Origin: Vicinamibacterales bacterium | GTDB taxonomy: Bacteria > Acidobacteriota > Vicinamibacteria > Vicinamibacterales > SCN-69-37 | Assembly: GCA_046594875.1 (NCBI GenBank) | Contig: JBKJQX010000224.1 | Location: 54,172-118,171 of the forward strand | Length of the DNA: 64,000 nucleotides | Direction of reading: 5' to 3' | In this document: positions 10,333 through 19,235 of the stretch, piece after piece | Layout of the letters: every line of letters starts with the position of its first letter | How positions within the stretch are numbered: position 1 is the stretch's first letter | Made by a program: the position numbers and the translations under genes | Notes under the pieces: generated by a model | The model's database searches: none | Told to the model about the DNA's origin: nothing | Seen by the model: only the letters and a program-made list of their open reading frames with translations

Positions 10333-11792
10333 TGGCGTCGCAGTCGTTGTCAGACCGTGTGCTTGCGCGCGACCCAAGGGCGATTGCCCGGGGCATCTCG
10401 CTCATCGAAGACGAAACACCCGAGGGCGCGTTGCTCGTCGGCCGTATCTTCGAGCACACGGGCCGCGCGTATCTGGTGGGGATTACTGGGCCACCGGGAG
10501 CCGGCAAGAGCACCCTTGTGGACCGGCTCATCACGAATCTTCGCAAGGATGGGAAAACAGTCGGCGTGCTCGCCGTCGATCCGACCAGTCCCTTTAGCGG
10601 CGGCGCGATCCTTGGCGACCGCGTCCGCATGCAGGCCCACGCCGAAGATACCGGCGTCTTCATTCGCAGCATGGCCACACGCGGCCATCTGGGCGGGCTT
10701 GCCCGCACCACCGCCGAAGCCGCCATCGTCCTTGATGCCGCCGGCTACGACGTCGTGATTATTGAGACCGTGGGAGTCGGCCAGGACGAAGTGGATATTG
10801 TCCGGATGGCCGATGTGTCGGTGGTGACGCTGGTACCCGGGACGGGTGATGAAGTGCAGGCGCTCAAGGCCGGCATCATGGAAATTGCCGACATCTTCGT
10901 GGTGAACAAGTCCGACCGCGAAGGCGCAGATCGCACGGCGGCGTCCATTGAGATGATGCTGGCCACCGACGAGGCGATGGGCGAGGGCTGGCGGCCGCCG
11001 GTGTTGCGCACCGAAGCCACGAGCGGCCGCGGTATCGACGAACTGCTCGCGATGATCGAGCGCTTCCGTGTGCAGTCGTCTGACACGCTCGGCGCGCGCC
11101 GGCGTGCGCGCGGCGAGTGGCGCCTGCGCGAAATCCTCAGCCGCAGGTTCATGCACCACCTCGAGCATAACGTGCTCGGCCCTGGCGAGTTCGGCCAGTG
11201 GCTGGACCGCATCAGCGCGCGGGAGATCGATCCCTACGCCGCGGCCGCAGAAATGACGTCGGGTGTCTTTTTTGATGGGCTGGAAAAAGGGGGACGGGTG
11301 TCTACCTGTGGGAAACTCGACGAGACACCAACGAGTTTTCCACAGTCAGACACCCGTCCCCTTTCCCCCGACACCCGACTCACCATCGACCACGTCGGAA
11401 TCGCCGTCGCAGACGTGGATGCGTCCTTGAAGTTCTTCACAGGCGTCCTGGGGCTGACGGCGGGCAAGACTGAAGACATCAAGAGCCAGAACACCCGCGT
11501 TCGGTTTGTGGATACCGGAGATGCCAAGCTCGAACTGGTGGAGTCACTCGCGCCGGATTCCGCGATTGGGAAGTACATCGAAAAGCGCGGGCCGGGGCTG
11601 CACCATGTGGCGCTTCGGGTGCCCGACATTCAGGCCGCAATGGCGCGGGTGGTGGCCGCAGGTGTGCGGATGATCGATCAGGTGCCTCGGCAAGGTGCGC
11701 ACGGCTCACTGATTGCGTTTGTGCATCCGGGTGATACCCACGGAGTGCTCGTGGAACTGAAGCAAGTGGCCGTTGCACCGGAGGGGAACTGA
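10329..11792 (+). CDS. Fusion ORF: MeaB/ArgK-type G3E GTPase (N-terminal) plus methylmalonyl-CoA epimerase / VOC domain (C-terminal), joined through a palindromic repeat element
   Basis: MeaB motifs are [21 protein letters not shown] and NKSD. After about residue 310 the sequence is repeat-encoded ([36 protein letters not shown]). An epimerase-like domain follows: IDHVGIAV...LHHVALRV...VELKQ. There is no in-frame stop and no ATG/GTG/TTG at the epimerase N-terminus. Confidence 0.85.
   Translation: MMASQSLSDRVLARDPRAIARGISLIEDETPEGALLVGRIFEHTGRAYLVGITGPPGAGKSTLVDRLITNLRKDGKTVGVLAVDPTSPFSGGAILGDRVRMQAHAEDTGVFIRSMATRGHLGGLARTTAEAAIVLDAAGYDVVIIETVGVGQDEVDIVRMADVSVVTLVPGTGDEVQALKAGIMEIADIFVVNKSDREGADRTAASIEMMLATDEAMGEGWRPPVLRTEATSGRGIDELLAMIERFRVQSSDTLGARRRARGEWRLREILSRRFMHHLEHNVLGPGEFGQWLDRISAREIDPYAAAAEMTSGVFFDGLEKGGRVSTCGKLDETPTSFPQSDTRPLSPDTRLTIDHVGIAVADVDASLKFFTGVLGLTAGKTEDIKSQNTRVRFVDTGDAKLELVESLAPDSAIGKYIEKRGPGLHHVALRVPDIQAAMARVVAAGVRMIDQVPRQGAHGSLIAFVHPGDTHGVLVELKQVAVAPEGN
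11252..11381. repeat. Palindromic element copy A1 (arms 11289-11319 / 11332-11361), preceded by a family-B left arm (11255-11273)
   Basis: 30-nt arms with 3 mismatches (GGGGACGGGTGTCT..CTGTGG.AAACTCG). GACGTCGGGTGTCTTTTT at 11255-11272 is identical (18/18 nt) to the left arm of the palindrome at 35408. Confidence 0.9.
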
Positions 11793-11793
11793 C

Positions 11794-12630
11794 GTGCAAC
11801 TCGGCGACTTTGAACTGATTTCGCTCTCCGACGGCACGTTCCGCCTCGATGGTGGCGCCATGTTCGGCGTGGTGCCAAAGACGATGTGGCAGAAGAGGAC
11901 GACGGCTGATGAGAAGAACCGGATTCCGTTAGGCTTGCGGCCGCTGCTGGTGCGAACGCCGGAGCATACGGTGCTGATTGATTCCGGCATCGGCGACAAG
12001 ATGCCGCCCAAGCTGGCCGAGATCTACGCCATCGACCGGTCGCGCCACCTGGACCATTCCCTGGCCGATGCGGGCCTGACCGCCAACGACATCACCGTGG
12101 TCATCGCCAGCCACTTGCACTTCGACCACTTTGGCGGATCGACGATGCGGGAGGGCGACGTGATTGTCCCGCGTTTCCGGAACGCCCGTTACCTAATTCG
12201 GCGTGATGAGTGGCACGATGCCACGCACACGCACGATCGCAACCGCGCCAGCTACCTGCCCGAGAATTTCCTGCCGTTGGCTGAAGCCGGCGTGGTGGAT
12301 TTTATCGAAGGGGACGGCGAGGTGCTGCCAGGCATCAGCGTCTGGCAAACCGGCGGGCATTGCCTGCACCATTCGTGGATTCGCGTTCAGTCCGGCGGCC
12401 GAACCGCCGCGTTTGTGGCTGACTTGATCCCGACCACCGCGCATCTGGACGAGCCCTGGATCATGGGCTACGACCTCTATCCAATGGACACGTTTTACTA
12501 CAAACAGCGGTTCCTGCGCGAAGCCATCGACGGCGAGTATGTGGTGTTCTTCGAACACGACCCGTCGATTCCCGCCGGCATCATCCGCGAAAAAGACGGC
12601 CGCCGATTCATCGACACGGAGATTGCATGA
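11794..12630 (+). CDS. MBL-fold metallo-hydrolase
   Basis: HLHFDHFGG metallo-beta-lactamase motif. The GTG start lies 1 nt after the upstream stop. Confidence 0.85.
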   Translation: MQLGDFELISLSDGTFRLDGGAMFGVVPKTMWQKRTTADEKNRIPLGLRPLLVRTPEHTVLIDSGIGDKMPPKLAEIYAIDRSRHLDHSLADAGLTANDITVVIASHLHFDHFGGSTMREGDVIVPRFRNARYLIRRDEWHDATHTHDRNRASYLPENFLPLAEAGVVDFIEGDGEVLPGISVWQTGGHCLHHSWIRVQSGGRTAAFVADLIPTTAHLDEPWIMGYDLYPMDTFYYKQRFLREAIDGEYVVFFEHDPSIPAGIIREKDGRRFIDTEIA

Positions 12631-12633
12631 CGA

Positions 12634-12696
12634 TGGTCCAGGGTCCAGAGTCCAGGGTCCAGAGTCCAGGGTCCAGGGTCCAGAGTCCAGAGGGAT
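12634..12696. repeat. Tandem heptamer array, 8 units of (G/T)(G/A)GTCCA plus a degenerate ninth (GAGGGAT)
   Basis: Reads TGGTCCA GGGTCCA GAGTCCA GGGTCCA GAGTCCA GGGTCCA GGGTCCA GAGTCCA GAGGGAT. It fills the gap between the MBL gene stop and the MTAP GTG. Confidence 0.95.
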
Positions 12697-12698
12697 CG

Positions 12699-13553
12699 GT
12701 GCGCATTGGCATCATCGGGGGCTCCGGCCTGTACGACATGGCCGAGTTGACCGACCGCGAGTCGCGGGTCATCGACACGCCATTCGGTTCGCCGTCGGGG
12801 CCGTATGTGATCGCGACTCTGCGGGGCCGGCGGGTGGCGTTCCTCGCGCGCCATGGCGAGGGGCATCGGTTCACGCCGTCAGAACTGAACTATCGCGCGA
12901 ACATCTTCGGATTCAAGACCTTGGGCGTCGAGTGGATTCTCTCGGCGAGCGCGGTGGGCAGCCTGCGCGAAGACTTCAAACCCCTCGACCTGGTTGTGCC
13001 CGATCAGTTCTTCGATCGCACGCGCGGCCGGGTCAGCACGTTCTTCGGTGAGGGCATCGTGGCGCATGTGGGATTTGCGCATCCCTTCTGCACGCCGCTG
13101 TCGGCCATTCTGACCGCTTCAGCCAGGTCGGCCCATGCCACAGTTCACGAAGGTGGCACGTACGTGTGCATGGAGGGGCCGCAGTTTTCGACCGTCGCGG
13201 AGTCGGAGTTCTACCGCAAACAGGGGTGGGACATCATCGGTATGACCAACCTGCAGGAGGCGAAGCTCGCTCGCGAAGCCGAGATCTGCTACAGCACACT
13301 CGCGCTTGTCACCGACTACGACTGCTGGCACCCCGACCACGACTCGGTCACTGTCGAAATGATCGTGGCGAATCTGATGCAGAACGCGAAGACGGCGCAG
13401 CAGGTGATTGCGGCTGCCGTCGAACGTCTGCCCATCGAACGCACATGTGAGTGCGCACGCGCGCTGGCCACGGCGCTTATCACCCGGCCCGAGGCGATTC
13501 CCGCCGCGCGCAAGGCCCTGCTTCAACCTCTCATCGGAAAATACCTCTCATGA
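12699..13553 (+). CDS. mtnP: S-methyl-5'-thioadenosine phosphorylase (MTAP)
   Basis: [12 protein letters not shown]..., ARHGEGH and YRANI..LG are typical MTAP/PNP-family motifs. GTG at 12699 follows GAGGGA. The alternative ATG at 12627 would translate the heptamer array. Confidence 0.88.
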   Translation: MRIGIIGGSGLYDMAELTDRESRVIDTPFGSPSGPYVIATLRGRRVAFLARHGEGHRFTPSELNYRANIFGFKTLGVEWILSASAVGSLREDFKPLDLVVPDQFFDRTRGRVSTFFGEGIVAHVGFAHPFCTPLSAILTASARSAHATVHEGGTYVCMEGPQFSTVAESEFYRKQGWDIIGMTNLQEAKLAREAEICYSTLALVTDYDCWHPDHDSVTVEMIVANLMQNAKTAQQVIAAAVERLPIERTCECARALATALITRPEAIPAARKALLQPLIGKYLS

Positions 13554-14491
13554 AGATCATCGTCACCGGCTCTATCGCGTTCGACTACCTGATGTCGTTT
13601 CCGGGCAAGTTCACGGAGCACCTGCTGCCCGAACATTTTTCGCGCGTGAGCCTCAGTTTCCTGGTGGACACGATGGACAAGCGCCGCGGTGGCTGCGCGC
13701 CGAACATCGCGTACACGCTGGCGTTGCTCGGCGAGCGGCCCAGGCTGATGGCCACGGCCGGCCAGGATTTTGGCGACTACCGGCGCTGGCTCGACGCGGC
13801 GGGCGTGGATACATCGCTCGTGAAAGAAATCGACGGCAAGTTCACGGCATCGTTCTTCTGCAACACGGACGAAGCCAACAACCAGATCGCGTCGTTCTAC
13901 ACCGGAGCCATGGCGGACGCGTCGCAACTGTCGTTCCGCACCGTTGAGCGGCCGGAGCTGGTGATCATTTCGCCGAATGACCCGGCGGCGATGGTGCAAT
14001 ATGCCGAGGAGTGCCGGGCGCTCGACATCCACTACATGTTCGACCCGGGCCAGCAGTGCGCGCGCATGTCGGGCGACGAACTGAAAGACGGCATCAGAGG
14101 CGCGTCCTACGTGATCTGCAACGACTACGAGTTCGAACTGATTCGCCAGAAGACCGGCATGAGTGAAGCCGACGTGCTCGACGAGTCTGGCGTACTGATT
14201 GTGACCAAGGGCGAGAAGGGGTCGTCGATTCTGCAGAAGGGCCTGCAGATTGATGTGCCGGCTGTGGAGCCCACGCGCCTGGCAGACCCCACCGGCGTGG
14301 GTGACGCGTATCGCGGCGGGTTCCTGAAGGGCCTGGCGGTGGCGGCTCCATTGGACGTGTGCGCACAGATCGGATCGGTGGCCGCCACCTACGCGCTGGA
14401 GCACCTTGGCGGATCCAGCCATGCCTACAGCTGGACCGAGTTCGAGGATCGGTACGAACGTCACTTCGGCCCCCTGATCCTGGTGGATTGA
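13550..14491 (+). CDS. PfkB-family carbohydrate/nucleoside kinase (adenosine-kinase-like)
   Basis: [13 protein letters not shown]... and the C-terminal [13 protein letters not shown] motif. ATGA overlap with the MTAP stop. Confidence 0.85.
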   Translation: MKIIVTGSIAFDYLMSFPGKFTEHLLPEHFSRVSLSFLVDTMDKRRGGCAPNIAYTLALLGERPRLMATAGQDFGDYRRWLDAAGVDTSLVKEIDGKFTASFFCNTDEANNQIASFYTGAMADASQLSFRTVERPELVIISPNDPAAMVQYAEECRALDIHYMFDPGQQCARMSGDELKDGIRGASYVICNDYEFELIRQKTGMSEADVLDESGVLIVTKGEKGSSILQKGLQIDVPAVEPTRLADPTGVGDAYRGGFLKGLAVAAPLDVCAQIGSVAATYALEHLGGSSHAYSWTEFEDRYERHFGPLILVD

Positions 14492-14985
14492 TGCTGACCC
14501 GCGTGCTGGTGGCGGCTGTCGTCGCGTGGCCCCTGGTCGCGGGCGCCGCCCTCTGGCACCGGGTGTCACACCCACACGACGGGCCGGGCTGGGCGAACGT
14601 GGTGTACCTCATCGCGGGGCAGGTCTGCCACCAGCGGCCCGAGCGGTCGTTTGAGACGGCCGGTGTGGCGTGGCCCGTCTGCGCTCGATGCACGGGCTTA
14701 TATCTCGCCGCGCCTTTCGGCGCCTTTCTGGCCCTTGGGCGCGTCGGGTCTCGCGCCAAGGGCCGCGGCCTTGAGGCTCAGGCCGCGCTACGAGGACAGG
14801 CCGCGCTACGAGGAGCGCGTGGGATCGTGGCGGTCGCGGCGGTGCCCACGGCGCTGACCCTCGCGTGGGAATGGGGCGGCCTCGGAACGCCGCCGAATCT
14901 TTGGCGGCTGGTCACAGCCCTGCCCCTGGGGCTGGCCGTTGCCTTCGTCGTGATTCAAGTGACGCGGTCCAATCAGGTACACTGA
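14491..14985 (+). CDS. DUF2085-like membrane protein
   Basis: CHQRPERSF...CARCTGLY signature between TM helices. TGATG overlap with the upstream gene. Confidence 0.7.
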   Translation: MLTRVLVAAVVAWPLVAGAALWHRVSHPHDGPGWANVVYLIAGQVCHQRPERSFETAGVAWPVCARCTGLYLAAPFGAFLALGRVGSRAKGRGLEAQAALRGQAALRGARGIVAVAAVPTALTLAWEWGGLGTPPNLWRLVTALPLGLAVAFVVIQVTRSNQVH

Positions 14986-14991
14986 TGCGTT

Positions 14992-15417
14992 ATGTCGGCG
15001 CCCCGTAAACCCATCAGCAAGGCCTCGATGCCCACAATCGCCCGGCCCGGCGTTGCGCTGACGTGTGCACTCGCCTGGGTCTTTCCTGGAGGCGGCCACA
15101 TGCTGCAGGGCCAGGCGGGGAAGGCGTTGGTGTTTGGCACGATGCTGCTGCCGATGTACGTCCTCGGTCTGGCGTTCGGCGGGCGGCTCTTTCCGTTTCA
15201 AAGTGTTGAGCCCTTGATGCTGCTGGCGGCCGCGGCCCAGTGGATGATTGGCGCGACACGATTGGTGGCGGGCTGGGCCGGCTACGGCCTCGGCGATGTC
15301 GTCGCCGCCTCGTACGAATACGGCAACACGTTTCTCATCGTGGCCGGGCTGATGAATGTGCTGGTGATCTTCGACGCCGCCGATGTGGCCCGCGGTGGGA
15401 AGGTGGAAACGCCGTGA
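14992..15417 (+). CDS. Hypothetical integral membrane protein
   Basis: 141 aa with 3-4 hydrophobic helices. Codon usage is consistent with its neighbours and it is tightly packed. Confidence 0.6.
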   Translation: MSAPRKPISKASMPTIARPGVALTCALAWVFPGGGHMLQGQAGKALVFGTMLLPMYVLGLAFGGRLFPFQSVEPLMLLAAAAQWMIGATRLVAGWAGYGLGDVVAASYEYGNTFLIVAGLMNVLVIFDAADVARGGKVETP

Positions 15418-15587
15418 CCAGTCACCTGGGCCTCCTCATTCTGTTCGCCGCGCTGGTGTCACCGGTGTTTGCGGCCCTGCATCGCGACGACCTTCACACG
15501 GGGCTGCGGTTTGCCGCGCGGCTGTTTGGCGCGCTTGTGGGTGGTGCGCTGCTGCTCGGCTGGGTGCTGTATCTCGCTTTTAATTGA
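15414..15587 (+). CDS. Small hypothetical membrane protein (57 aa, two TM helices)
   Basis: GTG overlaps the upstream stop (GTGA). Sequence: VTSHLGLLILFAALVSPVFAAL...LLLGWVLYLAFN. Confidence 0.45.
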   Translation: MTSHLGLLILFAALVSPVFAALHRDDLHTGLRFAARLFGALVGGALLLGWVLYLAFN

Positions 15588-15984
15588 GTCCGCCGGTGAC
15601 CGGGCGGCAAGGCTCGCCTGGCGTTGGGGACCGGCCGTCTTGTGGATGGCCGCGACGTTTGCCGCCTCCCATCGGCCGGCCATCGCCATCCCGTTCGGCG
15701 CGCCCGACTATGTGGCTCATGCGTTGAGTTATGCCGTGCTCGGCGCCTTGCTCGTGCGGGCGCTCGGGGGCGGGCCGCTCGGCTCCATGACCCAGTCGTT
15801 GATTGTGCCTGCCGCCCTCATCGGCGCCCTCTACGGCTTGAGTGATGAATTCCATCAGTCGTTTGTTCCCGGACGCATGGCCTCTGCCGGAGATCTTGCG
15901 GCCGATGCCATCGGGTCACTGGCCGGTGCCGTCGCGGCCGCCGCCACGGGCGCGTTCGTCCGGCGTATGGGGTGGCGGGTATAA
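15469..15984 (+). CDS. VanZ-like membrane protein (start uncertain)
   Basis: VanZ-like pattern: H..SYAVLGALL...GLSDEFHQSFVPGR....D..AD.IG. The true start is probably an internal GTG/TTG near 15540-15590. Confidence 0.65.
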   Translation: MRPCIATTFTRGCGLPRGCLARLWVVRCCSAGCCISLLIESAGDRAARLAWRWGPAVLWMAATFAASHRPAIAIPFGAPDYVAHALSYAVLGALLVRALGGGPLGSMTQSLIVPAALIGALYGLSDEFHQSFVPGRMASAGDLAADAIGSLAGAVAAAATGAFVRRMGWRV

Positions 15985-15994
15985 TCACGGGTGC

Positions 15995-16795
15995 ATGTCC
16001 TCTGAAAACCCTCTGTCCTTTGAGAATATCCTTGTCGAGCGCGATGGTGCCGTCACCACCATCACCCTGAACCGCCTCAAAGTCCTGAACGCCCTCAACG
16101 CGCAGACCCTCGATGAGTTGACGACCGCGTTTGAGGCGGTTGCGGCAGATGCAGAGACGCGCGTGGTGATCCTGACGGGCGCCGGCGACAAGTCATTCGT
16201 GGCCGGGGCAGACATCAACGAACTCGCGGTGCAGACGCCCGTCGGCGGGCGCGATCATGCGCGTCGCGGGCAGCGGTTGTTCGATCGCATCGAGCGCCTG
16301 GGAAAACCAGTTGTGGCCGCCGTCAATGGGTTTGCCCTCGGCGGTGGATGTGAGTTGGCGATGGCCTGCACGATGCGCATTGCGGCCGACACGGCGCGGT
16401 TTGGCCAGCCCGAAATCAATCTGGGGATCATTCCCGGGTACGCCGGATCGCAGCGGCTGCCGCGCCTGGTGGGTCGTGGTCGCGCGCAGGAGTTGTTGCT
16501 GACCGGCGACATGATTGGCGCCGACGAGGCGCACCGCATCGGCCTGGTCAATCGCGTGGTGCCCGCTGCGCAGTTGATGGACGAGGCGCGCAAGCTGGCG
16601 CAGACGCTGGCCACGAAAGCCCCTGTGGCCGTGCGCTACATCCTCGACGCGGTCGCCAGCGGCGCCGACATGGCGTTTGCTGAGGCCGAGGACCACGAAG
16701 CCACGCTGTTTGGCCTGGTCTCCACCACCGACGACATGCGTGAAGGCACCCGGGCGTTTCTCGAAAAGCGCAAGCCGACGTTCACCGGAAAATAG
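15995..16795 (+). CDS. Enoyl-CoA hydratase (crotonase family)
   Basis: VVILTGAGDKSFVAGADI and AAVNGFALGGGCELAMAC crotonase motifs. Confidence 0.92.
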   Translation: MSSENPLSFENILVERDGAVTTITLNRLKVLNALNAQTLDELTTAFEAVAADAETRVVILTGAGDKSFVAGADINELAVQTPVGGRDHARRGQRLFDRIERLGKPVVAAVNGFALGGGCELAMACTMRIAADTARFGQPEINLGIIPGYAGSQRLPRLVGRGRAQELLLTGDMIGADEAHRIGLVNRVVPAAQLMDEARKLAQTLATKAPVAVRYILDAVASGADMAFAEAEDHEATLFGLVSTTDDMREGTRAFLEKRKPTFTGK

Positions 16796-16798
16796 CGG

Positions 16799-17254
16799 AT
16801 GCCGACCCGAGTTGCCCTGGTCGTCTCCCGGTACCACGACTTCGTCACCAGCCGTCTGGAGGCGGGCGCGCGCGCAGCGTTGCGCGAAGCCGGCGTCCTC
16901 GACCACGACATCGTGACGTTTACGGTTCCGGGCGCCTATGAGTTAGCGCAAGCCGCACAACGTGTGGCCGAAGTGGAAGGGTGGGACGCGGTCGTGTGTC
17001 TCGGCTGCCTCATCCGTGGTGAGACCCCGCACTTTGATTACATCGCCACGGCGGCCGCCGAAGGCATCATGCGCGCCGCACAGGCGACCGGTGTCCCCAT
17101 CGCGTTTGGTGTGTTGACGACGAACACGGCGGAAGAAGCGTTGGCGCGCGCCGGAGACGGCCCGGCGAACAAGGGGCGGGAGTCGGCCGCAGCCGCGCTC
17201 GAGATGGCGCAGTTGTATCGTTCGCTGCCCTCCGGCGATGGAGCGGTGTCATGA
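16799..17254 (+). CDS. ribH: 6,7-dimethyl-8-ribityllumazine synthase
   Basis: 151 aa with VPGAYELA and GETPHFDYI motifs; ribH-nusB synteny. Confidence 0.93.
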   Translation: MPTRVALVVSRYHDFVTSRLEAGARAALREAGVLDHDIVTFTVPGAYELAQAAQRVAEVEGWDAVVCLGCLIRGETPHFDYIATAAAEGIMRAAQATGVPIAFGVLTTNTAEEALARAGDGPANKGRESAAAALEMAQLYRSLPSGDGAVS

Positions 17255-17673
17255 ACATGACGCCACGCCATCAGGCGCGCGAAGCGGCCCTGCAGGCCCT
17301 GTACTTCTGGGAGGTCGGCGGCACCGCGCCCGACGAGGCGCTTGATGGCGTGTTTGCCGAGCATCTGCCCGAGGCGACCGACGCCGTTCGCAGTTTTGCC
17401 GAAGTGCTGATGCGAGGCGCGGTGGCGCACCATCAGGAGATTGACGCACTGATCGAGCGCCAGGCGAGCCACTGGCGCCTTGAGCGTATCGCCCTGATGG
17501 ACAAACTGATCCTGCGCCTGGCCGTCTGGGAACTGCAGCACCAGCCCGAGACGCCGCCGGCGGTGATCGTGAACGAGGCGCTCGAACTGGCCCGCACGTT
17601 CAGCGCCGACGAATCGGTCAAGTTCGTCAACGGAGTCCTGGACGGGATTCGGCGTTCTTTGTTGGTGGGGTGA
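17251..17673 (+). CDS. nusB: Transcription antitermination factor NusB
   Basis: 140 aa. RHQAREAALQALY... and INEALELAR..S....KFVNGVLD. Confidence 0.93.
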   Translation: MNMTPRHQAREAALQALYFWEVGGTAPDEALDGVFAEHLPEATDAVRSFAEVLMRGAVAHHQEIDALIERQASHWRLERIALMDKLILRLAVWELQHQPETPPAVIVNEALELARTFSADESVKFVNGVLDGIRRSLLVG

Positions 17674-19223
17674 CCGTTGTCATGGCGAACGAAGTAGAGC
17701 AGATCGCGCAGCGCAAGGCCAAGCTCGAGGAGCTGGTCGCCCTTGGCGTGCCGCCGTATCCCGTGCGATTCGATCGCACCGCGACCATTGCGGAGATTGT
17801 CGCCGCGTTCACCGACACCGCCGGCGAGGTGCTCGAAGCGGAAAAGCCCCAGGCGCGCGTGGCCGGCCGCATTCTGTCGATCCGGAGCTTCGGCAAAGCG
17901 AATTTCCTTGTCCTCTCGGATGGCCTCACTCGCCTGCAGGTGTACGTGCGCGCGGACTCGATGCCCGAGCGCGACTTCGAGATTTTCAAGCGGCTCGACT
18001 TCGGCGATCACGTGGGTGTCTCGGGCCGGGTGTTTCGCACCAAGACCAACGAGCTGACGATCTTCGCGGAGTCGATCGTGTTTCTGGCCAAGTGCCTGCT
18101 GCCGCTCCCCGAAAAATGGCACGGGCTCACCGACGTTGAAATTCGCTACCGGCAGCGCTACCTCGACCTCATCGTCAACGCCGAGGCACGCAAGGTGTTC
18201 GAGACGCGCGCCAGGGTGGTGGCGGGCATCCGGCGTTTCATGAACGCCCGCGGATTTCTCGAGGTCGAGACCCCGATGATGCAGCCCATTGCCGGCGGCG
18301 CATTGGCGCGGCCCTTTGTGACGCATCACAACACGCTCGACATGCAGCTCTACCTGCGCATCGCGCCGGAGTTGTATCTGAAGCGTTTGACTGTCGGCGG
18401 GTTCGAGAAGGTCTACGAGATCAACCGGAACTTCAGGAACGAGGGGATTTCGACCCAGCACAATCCCGAGTTCACGATGCTGGAGTTCTACGAAGCGTAC
18501 GTGGACTATCAACATCTGATGTCGATGACCGAAGAGATGCTGGCCGACGTCGCGCTGGAAGCCACAGGGGGACTCGAGTGCCAGTTCAACGGCCACACGA
18601 TCTCGTTTGCCGCGCCATTCCGCCGACTGTCGTTGCGCCACGCCGCAGCCGAAGCGGCGACCGCGCGGCTGGGCCGCGCGGTGACTGAACTCGACTTGCG
18701 CGATCGTGAGACAGCGGCGGGCGTCGCCACGGCCCTGGGCTTCGCGGTGAAGGCGTCACACGGCGCAGGCAAGATCGCCACCACGGTCTTCGAGGGCCTC
18801 TGGGAAGACCAGCTCGTGCAGCCGACATTTGTGTACGACTTTCCGACCGAAGTGTCGCCGCTGTCGAAGCAAAAGCCGGACGACCTGGACACCGTGGAAC
18901 GGTTCGAAATGTACGCCGGTGGTTTTGAAGTGGCGAACGGGTTCAGCGAACTCAACGACCCGGCCGAGCAGCGCCGCCGGTTCGAGGGCCAACTGAAGGA
19001 CCGGGCGGCCGGCGACCACGAGGCGCACCAGATGGACGAAGACTACGTCCGCGCCCTCGAATACGGCATGCCTCCCACGGGCGGCGAGGGCATCGGCATT
19101 GACCGGCTCGTGATGCTCCTCACTGGCAGCCCATCAATTCGCGACGTCATTCTCTTTCCGCTCATGCGCCCTGTGAAGAATGAGCCCATTGGCCATTTAG
19201 GCAATGAGCCAGTTGGCCAATGA
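17670..19223 (+). CDS. lysS: Lysine--tRNA ligase (class II) with a repeat-encoded C-terminal tail
   Basis: Class II motifs (FRNEG, GGEGIGIDRLVMLLTG, ILFPLMRP). The last ~14 residues, KNEPIGHLGNEPVGQ, are encoded by the octamer array. The start is GTG 17670 or ATG 17682. Confidence 0.95.
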   Translation: MTVVMANEVEQIAQRKAKLEELVALGVPPYPVRFDRTATIAEIVAAFTDTAGEVLEAEKPQARVAGRILSIRSFGKANFLVLSDGLTRLQVYVRADSMPERDFEIFKRLDFGDHVGVSGRVFRTKTNELTIFAESIVFLAKCLLPLPEKWHGLTDVEIRYRQRYLDLIVNAEARKVFETRARVVAGIRRFMNARGFLEVETPMMQPIAGGALARPFVTHHNTLDMQLYLRIAPELYLKRLTVGGFEKVYEINRNFRNEGISTQHNPEFTMLEFYEAYVDYQHLMSMTEEMLADVALEATGGLECQFNGHTISFAAPFRRLSLRHAAAEAATARLGRAVTELDLRDRETAAGVATALGFAVKASHGAGKIATTVFEGLWEDQLVQPTFVYDFPTEVSPLSKQKPDDLDTVERFEMYAGGFEVANGFSELNDPAEQRRRFEGQLKDRAAGDHEAHQMDEDYVRALEYGMPPTGGEGIGIDRLVMLLTGSPSIRDVILFPLMRPVKNEPIGHLGNEPVGQ

Positions 19224-19235
19224 GGCAATGAGGCC
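19179..19235. repeat. Tandem octamer array (7 units, consensus AATGAGSC) spanning the lysS stop and abutting the lolE-like ATG
   Basis: Reads AATGAGCC CATTGGCC ATTTAGGC AATGAGCC AGTTGGCC AATGAGGC AATGAGGC. The lysS TGA (19221-19223) lies inside unit 6. The next gene's ATG is at 19236. Confidence 0.9.

Noticed and set aside
12627-12698. Repeated peptide [13 protein letters not shown] / [15 protein letters not shown] appearing in several track ORFs, considered as a protein repeat motif
   Set aside because: It is simply the translation of the heptamer DNA arrays in whichever frame is open, on both strands and in unrelated ORFs. It is not evidence for a repeat protein.
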